Shown: positions 23,607-33,881 of the stretch, one piece after another
Layout: the number at the start of each line of letters is the position of its first letter
Position numbering within the stretch: the first letter of the stretch is position 1
Assembly: GCA_046758905.1 (NCBI GenBank)
Contig: JBHIBC010000001.1
Span: 32,343-96,342 of the forward strand
Direction of reading: 5' to 3'
DNA from: Acidobacteriota bacterium
Lineage (GTDB): Bacteria > Acidobacteriota > Polarisedimenticolia > Gp22-AA2
DNA length: 64,000 bases
Translations under genes and position numbers: made by a program
Notes under the pieces: generated by a model
What the model saw: only the letters and a program-made list of their open reading frames with translations
Told to the model about the DNA's origin: nothing
The model's database searches: none

Positions 23607-24731
23607 ATGAAATGCCCGTCCGTCACCGTCGCCCTCGGGGCCGCGCTCTGCCTGGCCTCGCCGCCGGCGCTGTCGCAGTCGCCGATCCGGTTCAGCTCGT
23701 ACTCGTCCTACAGCGCCAAGTTCGACCTCGCTTCCAAGAAGTTCTCCCTGATCACCAGCGTGGTGGTCTACAACATCAGCGGACAGACGTTCAGCGACGT
23801 CCGTTTCAAGCAGACCTATCCCGAGGGCGTCACCGTCAAGGAGACGTACCAGCGCGACGTGGGCACCGAGGCGACCGGAGAGCAGCGCTCGGAGAGGCGG
23901 GTGGAGGACAACGTCTTCTACGCGAGCCTCGACAAGTTCCGCAACCGTCAGTACGTCGTGATCTTCAACGAGCTGGAGCTGGCGCGCCGGCTGGACGAGA
24001 TCACCTTCCCGGGGATCGAGATCAGCTACCTCGACGGGCAGGGGGAGCGCCGCATCGAGCAGCTCGCCGACAACACCTACGACCTGTTCATCTACTCGAA
24101 CGTGGTCGGGGGGCTGACGCGGTTCCTCAAGAAGTACAACCGGATCACGTTCGATTTCACCAAGGCCGTGCCGGACCGGACGGAGTGGGAGTTCGCCCCG
24201 ATCGTGGCGAGCGCGCGCGGGCGCTTCCCGACCGGGATCATCGGCACCTTTCCCGGTGAGGACCGCTACAACGGCTACTTCCGCATCCGCAGCGGGCCTC
24301 CCGGCGACAACGTCCAGATCCTGGTCGTCTACCGCGACGAGGACGGCAAGACCAAGATCTCGGACAGCGAGCGGCTGCTGTCCGAGGTGCGCGACTACCT
24401 CAAGTGGTGCGGCGAGTTCGAGACCGTCGAGGAGGGGCTGAAGGTCTCGAGAGGCAAGTGGAAGAAATACAAGGACGCCTGGTCGATCGAGGGACGCTGG
24501 CGCGACACGATCAAGGATCGTCTCGGCGAGGGCGTCCTGAAGGCGAAGGTGTTCCACGGCCCGCGCGAGGACGTGGAGTACATCGTGCTGGCGCTGGCGC
24601 ACGGCCGCGGCCTGGGCCCGGAGTCGAGCGCCACGCCCAATCCCGGGAAGGAGGCGGAGCTCTCGGCCGAGCTCGACGCGCTCCTCGAGACCTTCAGGTC
24701 GTACATCGTGCGGCTGTCTCACGAACGCTGA
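23607..24731 (+). CDS. secreted protein of unknown function (signal peptide, Lys/Tyr/Phe-rich)
   Basis: The N-terminal signal peptide is MKCPSVTVALGAALCLASPPALSQ. No recognisable domain was found. It has its own promoter and SD. Confidence 0.5.
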   Translation: MKCPSVTVALGAALCLASPPALSQSPIRFSSYSSYSAKFDLASKKFSLITSVVVYNISGQTFSDVRFKQTYPEGVTVKETYQRDVGTEATGEQRSERRVEDNVFYASLDKFRNRQYVVIFNELELARRLDEITFPGIEISYLDGQGERRIEQLADNTYDLFIYSNVVGGLTRFLKKYNRITFDFTKAVPDRTEWEFAPIVASARGRFPTGIIGTFPGEDRYNGYFRIRSGPPGDNVQILVVYRDEDGKTKISDSERLLSEVRDYLKWCGEFETVEEGLKVSRGKWKKYKDAWSIEGRWRDTIKDRLGEGVLKAKVFHGPREDVEYIVLALAHGRGLGPESSATPNPGKEAELSAELDALLETFRSYIVRLSHER

Positions 24732-24786
24732 GATCGCGCCGCCGGCGGCCCGGACGCCCCCTCCGCCGGTCGGCGCGGCGTCCGCG

Positions 24787-24814
24787 TTGACGCCGGGCGG
24801 CGCCGTGCTATAAT
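24787..24814 (+). promoter_or_regulatory. sigma70 promoter TTGACG-N16-TGcTATAAT (extended -10) for glnA
   Basis: The hexamers were read from the sequence. An 8-bp inverted repeat starts immediately downstream, at the predicted TSS. Confidence 0.55.
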
Positions 24815-24868
24815 GCGCGCCCACTTCGGCGCGCAACCCACACCCCCTTGTCGGAGCGACGGGATCTC

Positions 24869-26284
24869 ATGAAAAAGCCAGCGGACGCGTTGAGAATGGT
24901 CAAGGACCACGACATCCGGATCGTCGACCTGCGGTTCATGGACCTGCCCGGACTATGGCAGCACTTCTCGGTGCCGGCCCACGAGCTGAGCGAGACCTCG
25001 CTCGAGGATGGGTTCAACTTCGACGGTTCGAGCATCCGCGGTTTCCAGGCGATCAACGAGAGCGATATGACGGTCATCCCGGATCCGGAGACCGCGTTCG
25101 TCGATCCGTTCACCGAGATCCCGACGCTGGCGATCATCTGCAACGTGGTCGACCCGATCACCAAGGAGCGCTACGGGCGGGACCCCCGGGGGATCGCGCA
25201 GCGGGCCGAGAACTACCTGAAGTTCGCCCGGATCGCCGACCGGGCGCACTTCGGGGCGGAGGCCGAGTTCTTCATCTTCGACGACGTCCGGTTCGACCAG
25301 AACACCCACTGCGGCTACTACTTCGTCGACTCGGTCGAGGGCCAGTGGAACTCGGGGAAGGACGAGCGCCCCAACCTGGCGTACAAGCCGCGGCACAAGG
25401 AGGGCTACTTCCCGGTGCCGCCGCACGATCATTTCCAGGACCTGAGGTCGGAGATGGTCCTCAACCTCGAGCGCTGCGGCGTGATGGTCGAGGCCCACCA
25501 TCACGAGGTGGCGTCGGGCGGCCAGGCGGAGATCGACGTCCGCTACGACACCCTGACGCGCGCGGCCGACAACGTTGTGGTCTACAAGTACGTGGTCAAG
25601 AACACCGCCCGGGCGCGCGGCCGGACCGTGACCTTCATGCCCAAGCCGCTGTTCGGAGACAACGGGACGGGGATGCACTGCCACCAGAGCATCTGGAAGG
25701 ACGGGCGGAACCTTTTCGCGGGGGACGGATACGGCGGGCTGTCGGAGACGGGCCTGCATTACATCGGCGGGCTCCTGAGGCACTCCCCGGCGCTCGCGGC
25801 GCTCATCGCTCCGACCACCAACTCCTACAAGCGGCTGACGCCGGGGTTCGAGGCGCCGGTCAACCTGGCCTATTCGCGCCGGAACCGGTCCGCCGCGATC
25901 CGCATCCCGATGGTCTCCGCCGGCCCGGAGGCGGTGCGGCTCGAGTACCGTCCTCCCGATCCGTCGTGCAACCCGTACGTGGCGTTCGCCGCGATGCTCA
26001 TGGCGGGCCTCGACGGCATCGAGAACAAGATCGACCCGGGCAGGCCGCTCGACAAGGACATCTACGGGCTGGGGCCGGAGGAGCTGAAGGACGTGCCGTC
26101 CCTGCCCGCCTCGCTAGAGGACGCCCTCGGGCAGCTCGAGCGGGACCACGAGTTCCTCCTGAAGGGTGATGTCTTCACCGAGGACAACATCCGCCTCTGG
26201 ATCACCTACAAGCGCGAGCGCGAGGTCGACCCCATGCGCCTGCGGCCCCACCCGTTCGAGTTCGCGCTCTATTTCGACATCTGA
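24869..26284 (+). CDS. glnA: glutamine synthetase type I
   Basis: The N-terminus [23 protein letters not shown] and the motif [16 protein letters not shown] are present. A tyrosine in a context resembling the GSI adenylylation site ([11 protein letters not shown]) is present. The ATG at 24869 is preferred over the TTG at 24848. Confidence 0.9.
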   Translation: MKKPADALRMVKDHDIRIVDLRFMDLPGLWQHFSVPAHELSETSLEDGFNFDGSSIRGFQAINESDMTVIPDPETAFVDPFTEIPTLAIICNVVDPITKERYGRDPRGIAQRAENYLKFARIADRAHFGAEAEFFIFDDVRFDQNTHCGYYFVDSVEGQWNSGKDERPNLAYKPRHKEGYFPVPPHDHFQDLRSEMVLNLERCGVMVEAHHHEVASGGQAEIDVRYDTLTRAADNVVVYKYVVKNTARARGRTVTFMPKPLFGDNGTGMHCHQSIWKDGRNLFAGDGYGGLSETGLHYIGGLLRHSPALAALIAPTTNSYKRLTPGFEAPVNLAYSRRNRSAAIRIPMVSAGPEAVRLEYRPPDPSCNPYVAFAAMLMAGLDGIENKIDPGRPLDKDIYGLGPEELKDVPSLPASLEDALGQLERDHEFLLKGDVFTEDNIRLWITYKREREVDPMRLRPHPFEFALYFDI

Positions 26285-26338
26285 TCCGGGGACGCGAAGC
26301 CCGCTGCACGATCGCCCGGCCCGGAGGGAAGGCCCCCG

Positions 26339-29326
26339 ATGAACCTGCCCGAGGTGCGCGCCGCCCTGTCCGCGCTCCTGCCCGATGACCTGGGGGCGCG
26401 TTTCGCCGGGCAGGTCGAGCGGCTGCCGGACCCGGGGGGGGCCCTCCAGAGCCTGCGCTCCTTCATCGGCGCCCACGGCGGCCCGCCCGATCGGGGCGTG
26501 CTGCACGATTTCCTCACCCTGGCGGGCTTCAGCCCTTACCTGGGCGGCCTGCTGGTCCGGCATCCCGGCTTCCTGGACGTCCTCGCCTCCGGCGGCCCGA
26601 GCCGGGGCCCCCGCACGCGCGAGGATCTCGAGGAGGATCTGGCGCGCTTCCAGCTGCTGAACGCCGACCTCGGCGCCTCGAACGTCCTGCGGCGCTTCAA
26701 GCAGCGCGAGTATCTGAGGATCGCCTTGGCCGACGCGCTCGGGACGGCGGACCTGTCGGCGATCACCCGGGCGCTGTCGCTGCTCGCCGATGTCCTGCTG
26801 GAGAAAGCCATCCGGCTGGCGCGGGTGCCTCTGGAGGCGCGCTACGGCCGCCCGACGAGCCGCGACCACCGCGGTCGCCTGGAGGAGGACGTCTTCGTGG
26901 TGATCGGCCTGGGAAAGCTGGGGGGCGAGGAGCTCAACTACAGCAGCGACATCGACCTCATCTACCTGTTCTCGCGCGACGGGGAGACCACCGGAGCGGG
27001 GGGAGCCGGCGGAGGAAGCATCACCAACCGGGAGTTCTTCACGCGGCTGGCGACCGGGGTCACGCGGCTCATCGCGGGCGGGGGTCCGGAGGGCCAGGCG
27101 TTCCGGGTGGACCTGGGGTTGCGGCCGGGAGGGAGGGACGGCGACCTGGTGACGACGCTGCAGGCTGCGGTCTCCTATTACCGCAGCTGGGCCGAGCCGT
27201 GGGAGCTGCAGGCTCTGGTCAAGGCCCGCCCGGTGGCCGGGGATCTGACCCTCGGCCGGCGGTTCATCTCAGGGATCGGGCCTCTGGTCTACGTCGCCGA
27301 GCCCGATCCATACAGGACGCTGGAGATCGCGGCGATGAAGGACCGCATCGATGCCCGGCTGAGCGCGGAGGGGCGGTCCGAGACCGACGTGAAGCTCGGC
27401 CGCGGGGGGATCCGCGAGCTGGAGTTCGCGGTCCAGGCGCTGCAGCTGCGGCATGGCGGTCACGATCCCTGGCTGCGCCAGGGCAATACCCTCCTGGCGC
27501 TTCACCGGCTCGCCGAAAAGGGGTTCCTCGGGCTCGAGGACTACTCGCGCCTGTGTCAGGCCTATGTGTTCCTTAGGAACCTGGAGCACCGCCTGCAGCT
27601 CGGGCGGAACCGGCAGACCTCGGGCCTGCCGGCGGCTCCCCGCGACCTCGAGATCCTGGCCCGGCGGATGGGGTTTCGGGACGCGCCGCCCGGGTCCGGC
27701 CTGGCCGCGGGGCGCCTGGCGCTGGCGCTCGAGACCCACAGGACCGCAGTGCGAGGCTTTTACGATTCGGTGTTCGGGCAGGCGGCGCAGCCCGAGATCG
27801 GCGAGGCGTCGCCCCACCCTTGGATCGATCGGCTGGACGAGGCGGGGCTCAAGAAGCAGCTGCGCCGGGCCGGCCTGGACGACCCGGAGACCGTGATCCG
27901 TCCGGTGCAGATGATCCGCAGGCGACTGCAGCCCGCCGCCTCCCCCGCGATCCGGCGGGCCCTGCGCAAGACCGGGATGCTCCTGCTCCGGGCGGCGGCG
28001 CGCACCCACAACCCCCGTCGTTCGCTGACCAACCTCGAGAGGCTCATCGCCTCTCTCGCCGCCGACCCGGACGGCCTGCTGGCCTTCCTGTCGCGGCGGG
28101 AGATCCTGGGCCCGACGGTCCGGCTCCTGGGCCGGAGCGATCTGCTCGCGTCCCTGCTCATTCGCAGGCCGGGGATCCTCCGGAGCCTCGAGGATCGCGC
28201 CAGCGTGCTCCGGAGCCCCGGAGCGGACGAGTACCGCGAGCGGATGCTGGGCGCGGTGCACGACCCCGAGGGCGGAGCGCGCGGCCGCGCCGCCCGCCTG
28301 CGCCGCCGGCACCAGGACGCGCTCGCCCTGATCGCCCTGCGCGACACCAACCGTCAGGCCACGCTCCGGGAGGTCCTGAAGTGCCTCTCGAACCTCGCCG
28401 ACGCGACGCTGCAGGCGGTGGTGCTGCTGGAGGCGGAGGCCATGCGGGGTGGCGCCCACCAGGGGCCGGCCGGGCTCAAGCTGGCTGTGCTCGGGCTGGG
28501 GCGTCTCGGCTACCGCGAGATGGACTACGGGTCGGACCTCGACCTGATCTTCGTGCGGGACGAAGGGGGAGCGGAGGCCGCCGGGGCTCGCTCCGCCGCC
28601 CATCGGTGGGCCGAGGGGATCGTCCGAACGCTGTCCACGCTGAGCCAGGACGGCCAGCTGTATCAAGTGGACCTGCGGCTCCGCCCGTCCGGATCGGAGG
28701 GCGAGCTGGTGAGCAGCGTGGAGGGACTGCGGGAGTACTTCCGGGAATCGGCCGAGGTGTGGGAGTTGCAGTCGTTCCTCAAGGCCAGGCCGGTCGGGGG
28801 CGACCCCGAGCTGGGCGCGCGCGCCGTGGCCGAGGTCCACTCCGTCATCCTGGAGCGCGGCCGTCGGCTCGGCCCGGCCGGGTTGGCGGCGGCGGTGGAG
28901 TCGATGCGCGAGCGGCTGATCCGGGAGCCCGCGCGGAAGGACGGCGTGAAGATCGGGGAGGGGGGACTGCTGGACATCCACTTCGTCATCGATTACCTCC
29001 GGCTGCGACACTCGGTGAGCGACCCTGACGACAAGGACACGCTGAGGCTGCTGAGCCACCTCGGCCGTCTCGGCCATCTGGCGGAGGAGCCGATGCGGGT
29101 CCTGTACGAGGCGTATCTGTTCCTCCGGGCCCTGGAGCACGCCATGCGGCTGCTGTACGACCGGCCGCTGGCGCGGCTCCCGGGTGATCCGGTCCGACTG
29201 CGCGAGCTGGCCCTCGACCTCGGCATCGGCGAAGGCCGCAGCCCCGAGCGTGAGCTTCTTGAGGCGTTTCGCGGGCACACCTCCCGGGTTCGCGGGCTGT
29301 TCGAGGCGATCCTGCGCGGGCGCTGA
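26339..29326 (+). CDS. glnE: bifunctional glutamine synthetase adenylyltransferase/adenylyl-removing enzyme
   Basis: Two nucleotidyltransferase repeats are present, each with a GlnE-specific helical domain. It lies directly downstream of glnA. Confidence 0.85.
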   Translation: MNLPEVRAALSALLPDDLGARFAGQVERLPDPGGALQSLRSFIGAHGGPPDRGVLHDFLTLAGFSPYLGGLLVRHPGFLDVLASGGPSRGPRTREDLEEDLARFQLLNADLGASNVLRRFKQREYLRIALADALGTADLSAITRALSLLADVLLEKAIRLARVPLEARYGRPTSRDHRGRLEEDVFVVIGLGKLGGEELNYSSDIDLIYLFSRDGETTGAGGAGGGSITNREFFTRLATGVTRLIAGGGPEGQAFRVDLGLRPGGRDGDLVTTLQAAVSYYRSWAEPWELQALVKARPVAGDLTLGRRFISGIGPLVYVAEPDPYRTLEIAAMKDRIDARLSAEGRSETDVKLGRGGIRELEFAVQALQLRHGGHDPWLRQGNTLLALHRLAEKGFLGLEDYSRLCQAYVFLRNLEHRLQLGRNRQTSGLPAAPRDLEILARRMGFRDAPPGSGLAAGRLALALETHRTAVRGFYDSVFGQAAQPEIGEASPHPWIDRLDEAGLKKQLRRAGLDDPETVIRPVQMIRRRLQPAASPAIRRALRKTGMLLLRAAARTHNPRRSLTNLERLIASLAADPDGLLAFLSRREILGPTVRLLGRSDLLASLLIRRPGILRSLEDRASVLRSPGADEYRERMLGAVHDPEGGARGRAARLRRRHQDALALIALRDTNRQATLREVLKCLSNLADATLQAVVLLEAEAMRGGAHQGPAGLKLAVLGLGRLGYREMDYGSDLDLIFVRDEGGAEAAGARSAAHRWAEGIVRTLSTLSQDGQLYQVDLRLRPSGSEGELVSSVEGLREYFRESAEVWELQSFLKARPVGGDPELGARAVAEVHSVILERGRRLGPAGLAAAVESMRERLIREPARKDGVKIGEGGLLDIHFVIDYLRLRHSVSDPDDKDTLRLLSHLGRLGHLAEEPMRVLYEAYLFLRALEHAMRLLYDRPLARLPGDPVRLRELALDLGIGEGRSPERELLEAFRGHTSRVRGLFEAILRGR

Positions 29327-29485
29327 GCGCCCCGCGCCGCGCACGCGCCCGGTGAAAACCCCCTGAATGATCCTCGGCCCCGGGGTGGGACGGCCCCTCG
29401 CCGCGGGCGGTGGAGCGCGCCGCACGGGATCCCGTCGGGATCGGCTGGAGAGGCCGCGGCCGGGCGATCGCGCGCCGGGCGAGGT

Positions 29486-29515
29486 TTGACATCGTTCGCG
29501 ACGTTCCATTATCAT
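29486..29515 (+). promoter_or_regulatory. sigma70-like promoter TTGACA-N18-TATCAT upstream of the cNMP/FHA gene
   Basis: The -35 is perfect. The -10 is acceptable. An SD (AAGGAAT) is present before the ATG at 29566. Confidence 0.45.
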
Positions 29516-29565
29516 CGCGACCTGCGCGGCGGGCGTAAGTGCATCGAGCGCAAAGGAATAGCCCG

Positions 29566-30432
29566 ATGGCGGCCGACCCCTTCAAGGACCTCACGATACA
29601 CCGCAAGAAGGATGAGACCATATACCGGGAGGGGGACCTCGGGAGCGAGATGTACGTGGTGCAGTCCGGGGCGGTGCGCATCTACCGGGAGTATCGCGGG
29701 ACCATCCAGGAGCTGGCGATCATGGAGAAGGGCGATTTCTTCGGGGAGTTCGCCGTCCTCGAGGGCCTGCCGCGCACCGCGAGCGCCGTGGCGCTGGAGG
29801 AGAGCGACCTCATCGAGATCAACAGCACCACGTTCGACAAGATGATCCGCAGCAACATCGAGATCGCGGTGCGCATGCTCCGCAAGCTGAGCAATCGGCT
29901 GCAGGAGGCCAATCGGAAGATCGAGCTGCTGTCCCGCGCCGCCGCCAGCGGGAAGCCGGTCGCCGAAGCGGTCTCCGCCATCGACACCGACCAGCCGGCC
30001 GAGGCCCCGCCGCCCGCCCCCGAGGCTCCCCCCTCGGAAGGTGTCGAGGCGGAGCCCCGGCCGATCGCGGATGTGGACGTGCCCGAGGGGGCGCTGGCCC
30101 TGCTGGTGCTCGAGGGGGGAGAGCGGCATTTCCCGATCACCGGGGAGACGGCGCTCATCGGGCGCTACGATCCGGTCACCGGGACCCGGCCGGAGATCGA
30201 TCTGACCCAGGTCGATATCAACCGGTCGGTGTCGAGGCGTCACGCACGGATCGTGAGTCAGGACGGGCAGTTCCGGATCTCGGAGGAGGTGGGGGCGCTG
30301 AACGGCACCTTCGTCAACGGGCAGCGCCTGACGGCCGGCGAGCCGGTCCCCGTCAAGAGCGGCGATACCGTGGCGCTGGGGATGGTCTCCTTCGTGTTCA
30401 AGACGGCCGGGGGCGGCAAGGCGGCGCGATGA
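29566..30432 (+). CDS. signalling protein: N-terminal cyclic-nucleotide-binding (Crp-like) domain fused to C-terminal FHA domain
   Basis: The cNMP-binding beta-roll block GDFFGEFAVLEG....RTASAVA is present. The FHA block is TALIGRYDPVTGTRPEIDLTQVDINRSVSRRHARIV...NGTFVNGQRL. Confidence 0.7.
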   Translation: MAADPFKDLTIHRKKDETIYREGDLGSEMYVVQSGAVRIYREYRGTIQELAIMEKGDFFGEFAVLEGLPRTASAVALEESDLIEINSTTFDKMIRSNIEIAVRMLRKLSNRLQEANRKIELLSRAAASGKPVAEAVSAIDTDQPAEAPPPAPEAPPSEGVEAEPRPIADVDVPEGALALLVLEGGERHFPITGETALIGRYDPVTGTRPEIDLTQVDINRSVSRRHARIVSQDGQFRISEEVGALNGTFVNGQRLTAGEPVPVKSGDTVALGMVSFVFKTAGGGKAAR

Positions 30433-30692
30433 GCAGCTTCACGGGCGGGTCGGCCTACGCCATGTCGCGCGACATCGCCGAGGGCCTCGTCCTGGTCAAC
30501 GCCAACACCTTCCGGAAGTTCACCCCCGAGGAGATGAAGCGGCTCGCCTTCGAGCTGGACCGGGTGCAGAAGGAGGTCCGGGCGGACCAGCCTGCGCAGG
30601 ACGACACCCAGGCGATCCAGAAGAGGGGCCGCCGTCTCACCCGCGTCAGCCAGGCGATCTCCATCCTCAGGTCCGCGATGAGCCGGAGATGA
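30429..30692 (+). CDS. hypothetical small protein
   Basis: It has ATGA overlaps at both ends, with the FHA gene and with trpS. No domain was recognised. Confidence 0.4.
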   Translation: MSSFTGGSAYAMSRDIAEGLVLVNANTFRKFTPEEMKRLAFELDRVQKEVRADQPAQDDTQAIQKRGRRLTRVSQAISILRSAMSRR

Positions 30693-31699
30693 GCGCGCCG
30701 AGTCGGCCCCGCGTCCTCTCCGGCTTCCGCCCGACCGGCCCGATGCACATCGGGCACCTGGTCGGTGCGCTCGACAACTGGGTCAGGATGCAGGACAACC
30801 ACGAGTGCTTCTTCGCCATCTGCGATTGGCACGCGCTCACCAGCGAATACGCCGACACGGCGCCGATCAAGGGCTACATCATCGACATGGCGATCGACTG
30901 GCTCGCGGCGGGGCTCGACCCCGAGCGCAGCACCCTGTTCGTGCAATCGCACGTCCCGCAGCACGCCGAGCTGCACCTCCTGCTGTCGATGATCGTGCCG
31001 GTGCCCTGGCTGGAGCGCGTGCCGACGTACAAGGAGCAGCAACAGCAGATGCAGGGGAAGGACCTGAGCAACTACGGTTTCTTGGGCTATCCGGTGCTGC
31101 AGACGGCCGACATCCTGGTCTATCGCGCCGACGTGGTCCCGGTGGGGGAGGACCAGCTGGCCCACCTCGAACTGTGCCGGGAGATCGCGCGGCGGTTCAA
31201 CGCGCTTTACGGCCCGGTCTTCCCGGAGCCGCGGGCCCTCACCACCCGCACGCCGCGGCTTCCGGGGACCGACGGGCGCAAGATGAGCAAGTCGTACGGC
31301 AACGCCATCAATCTGGCCGACGACGCCGGGACGATCCGCCGAAAGATCCTCACCATGATCACCGACCCGGCGCGGAAGCGTCGGCAGGATCCCGGGAACC
31401 CCGAGGTCTGTCCGGTGTTCGACTTCCACCGGGCGTTCAGCGGCGCGCGGACCATCGAGATGGTGAACGTGGAATGTCGCCGCGCCGGAATCGGCTGCGT
31501 GGAGTGCAAGGAAGCGCTGCTCGAGCACCTCGAGCCCATCCTGGCGCCGTTCCATGAGCGCCGGGCGGGGCTCCTCGAGGAGAGGGACCGGGTCGCCGCG
31601 ATCCTGGAGGAGGGGGCGGAGAGGGCCCGAGCGGAGGCGAGCGCCACGATGCGCCGCGTGCGCGCCGCCATGAAGATCGATTCGGAGCCGAGGCGATGA
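30689..31699 (+). CDS. trpS: tryptophanyl-tRNA synthetase
   Basis: Class I motifs are present: the HIGH-equivalent TGPMHIGHLVGA, and KMSKS. Confidence 0.9.
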   Translation: MSAPSRPRVLSGFRPTGPMHIGHLVGALDNWVRMQDNHECFFAICDWHALTSEYADTAPIKGYIIDMAIDWLAAGLDPERSTLFVQSHVPQHAELHLLLSMIVPVPWLERVPTYKEQQQQMQGKDLSNYGFLGYPVLQTADILVYRADVVPVGEDQLAHLELCREIARRFNALYGPVFPEPRALTTRTPRLPGTDGRKMSKSYGNAINLADDAGTIRRKILTMITDPARKRRQDPGNPEVCPVFDFHRAFSGARTIEMVNVECRRAGIGCVECKEALLEHLEPILAPFHERRAGLLEERDRVAAILEEGAERARAEASATMRRVRAAMKIDSEPRR

Positions 31700-32490
31700 G
31701 CGCCGCCGATCCCGTTCTCGGGCCCGCCGTCGGGGACCCCTTCCGGGTGCGGCTGACGGGCTTCGAGGGGCCGCTCGATCTCCTGCTTCACCTGGTGCGC
31801 AAGAGCGACATCGACATCACCGGCATCCCGATCCTGGAGATCGTGCGGCAGTACGACGCCTACGTCGCTCTGGCGAGGAGTCTCAGCCTGGAGGCGGCCG
31901 GGGAGTATCTGGTGCTCGCGGCCACGCTCGTCCACCTCAAGTCCCGCCGCCTCCTGCCGACGGACCCCGCCGAGCCGGACCCGCTGGCCGACGAGGCCGC
32001 CCCGGACGCGGCCCTGCGGGCGGGCGTCGGGGAGGGTCTCGGCCGGGCCGCGGAGCACCTTCAGGAGCGGGAGGCGCTCATGGAGCTGGTCTACGCGCGG
32101 CCCGCCGACCGGGTCGCGGAGTACGCCGGGGAGGAGGGGCTCGAGGTCGACCTGTACGCGCTGCTGAAGGCCTTCCAGGAGATCCTCAAGCGCTCGCAGG
32201 CCGGCTCCGGCGAGCCGATCCGGCGCGAGCGGTTCTCGCTGGTCGAGCGCATCGACTGGCTGATCGAGAGGCTGCGCCGCGAGCGGCGCATATCCTTCCG
32301 GGACCTGTTCCGCGGAGGGCGGATGGACAGGCTGCTCTGCATCCTGACCTTCCTGGCGCTTCTGGAGGTCATGCGGCTGCAGGTGGCGCGCGCCTACCGG
32401 AGCCACCGCGAGTCGGAGATCCTCGTCGTCCTGTCGGGGGAGGCGGGGCAGGGACCGGAGCCGGCCCCGGAGGTCCGGACCCGTGTCTGA
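31696..32490 (+). CDS. scpA: segregation and condensation protein A
   Basis: The ScpA signature is FEGPLDLLLHLVRK.... Confidence 0.85.
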   Translation: MSAADPVLGPAVGDPFRVRLTGFEGPLDLLLHLVRKSDIDITGIPILEIVRQYDAYVALARSLSLEAAGEYLVLAATLVHLKSRRLLPTDPAEPDPLADEAAPDAALRAGVGEGLGRAAEHLQEREALMELVYARPADRVAEYAGEEGLEVDLYALLKAFQEILKRSQAGSGEPIRRERFSLVERIDWLIERLRRERRISFRDLFRGGRMDRLLCILTFLALLEVMRLQVARAYRSHRESEILVVLSGEAGQGPEPAPEVRTRV

Positions 32491-33157
32491 TCCCTTCGTC
32501 CCGCCCGACCCGGGCGCCATGCGCGCCGTCGTGGAGGCGCTCGTCTTCGCGGCGGAGGAGCCGCTGACCGTGTCGGAGCTGAGCGAGCTCTTCCCGGACA
32601 GGAGCCGCGACGAGCTGGAGGCGGTCCTGGCGGAGGTCAGCGCCGCGTGCGAGGCGGGCGACCGCGGGCTTCAGGTCGTGCGCGTCGCCGGGGGCTACTC
32701 CATGACCACCAAGCCGGCGCACGGGAGCTGGGTGCGCGCCCTCTTCCGCTCGCGCAACCGGCGGCGGCTCTCGAGCGCGGCGCTCGAGACCCTCGCCATC
32801 GTGGCCTACCGCCAGCCGATCACGACCCCGGAGATCCAGGCCCTGAGGGGAACGGATCCCAGCGGCGTGCTGCAGACCCTCCTCGACCGGAAGCTCGTGC
32901 GGGTGATGGGCCGGAAGAGGGTCGTGGGGAAGCCGATCCTGTACGGCACGACCCGCGAGTTCCTGGCGCATTTCGGCCTCAACTCGCTCGAGGACCTGCC
33001 CTGCATGGAGGATTTCGGTCATGTGGTCGCGGCGAGACAGCCGGCGGGCGAGACGGCTCCGTCGACGGGCCTGTTCCGGTGTGACGACGGCTCTCGGGCC
33101 GGGGAGACGAACGGTGAAGGGCGGGACGAGGGCGAGCGCCCCCCGGGCGGGGCCTGA
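32483..33157 (+). CDS. scpB: segregation and condensation protein B
   Basis: The ScpB winged-helix repeats are EALVFAAEEPLTV and LETLAIVAYRQPIT. Confidence 0.85.
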   Translation: MSDPFVPPDPGAMRAVVEALVFAAEEPLTVSELSELFPDRSRDELEAVLAEVSAACEAGDRGLQVVRVAGGYSMTTKPAHGSWVRALFRSRNRRRLSSAALETLAIVAYRQPITTPEIQALRGTDPSGVLQTLLDRKLVRVMGRKRVVGKPILYGTTREFLAHFGLNSLEDLPCMEDFGHVVAARQPAGETAPSTGLFRCDDGSRAGETNGEGRDEGERPPGGA

Positions 33158-33881
33158 AGGGGCGGCCGCGACCCGGCTGCACAAGTACCTGGCCGAGGCG
33201 GGTGTGGCCTCGCGCCGCGAGGCGGAGGCGATGATCCGCGACGGCCGCGTGGAGGTCAACGGCATGGTCGTGACGCGCCTGGGCACGCACGTGGACCCGG
33301 GGAGCGACGCCGTGCGCGTCGACGGCCGCAGGATCGGCGCGGCCCGGCCGCGCCTCTATTACCTGCTCAACAAGCCGAGGGGGTTCATCACGACCGTATC
33401 CGACCCGCAGGGGCGTCCCACCGTCCTGGAGCTGCTGCGGGGGGTGCGCGACAGGGTGTTCCCCGTGGGCCGTCTCGACCGGGGGAGCGAGGGCCTGCTG
33501 ATCCTGACCAACGACGGCGAGCTGGCGCACGGCCTCACCCATCCCGGGAATCACGTCCCCAGGGTCTACCGGGTCAAGGTCAGCGGGCGGGTGCCGCGCT
33601 CGGCGCTCGAGAGGGTCCGGCGGGGGCTGTTCCTGGACGGGCGCCGGACCCTGCCGGCGCGCGTCCACCGCATCTCCACGCAGTCCAACACCTGGCTGCG
33701 GGTCACCCTCTACGAGGGCAGGCGGAACCAGATCCGGAGAGTGTTCGAGCGCCTAGGTCACCCGGTGCTCAAGCTGCGCCGGATCGCCCTCGGGCCGATC
33801 TCGGATCCCTCCCTCCGGCCCGGGCAGTGCCGCGCCCTGCTGCCGGAGGAGGTACGACGCCTGCGCGAGGCATCCACGTGA
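33114..33881 (+). CDS. RluB/RsuA-family pseudouridine synthase
   Basis: An S4 domain (RLHKYLAEAGVASRREAE) and the catalytic motif FPVGRLDRGSEGLLILTNDG are present. The start is uncertain; GTG near 33114 is proposed. Confidence 0.75.
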   Translation: MKGGTRASAPRAGPEGAAATRLHKYLAEAGVASRREAEAMIRDGRVEVNGMVVTRLGTHVDPGSDAVRVDGRRIGAARPRLYYLLNKPRGFITTVSDPQGRPTVLELLRGVRDRVFPVGRLDRGSEGLLILTNDGELAHGLTHPGNHVPRVYRVKVSGRVPRSALERVRRGLFLDGRRTLPARVHRISTQSNTWLRVTLYEGRRNQIRRVFERLGHPVLKLRRIALGPISDPSLRPGQCRALLPEEVRRLREAST

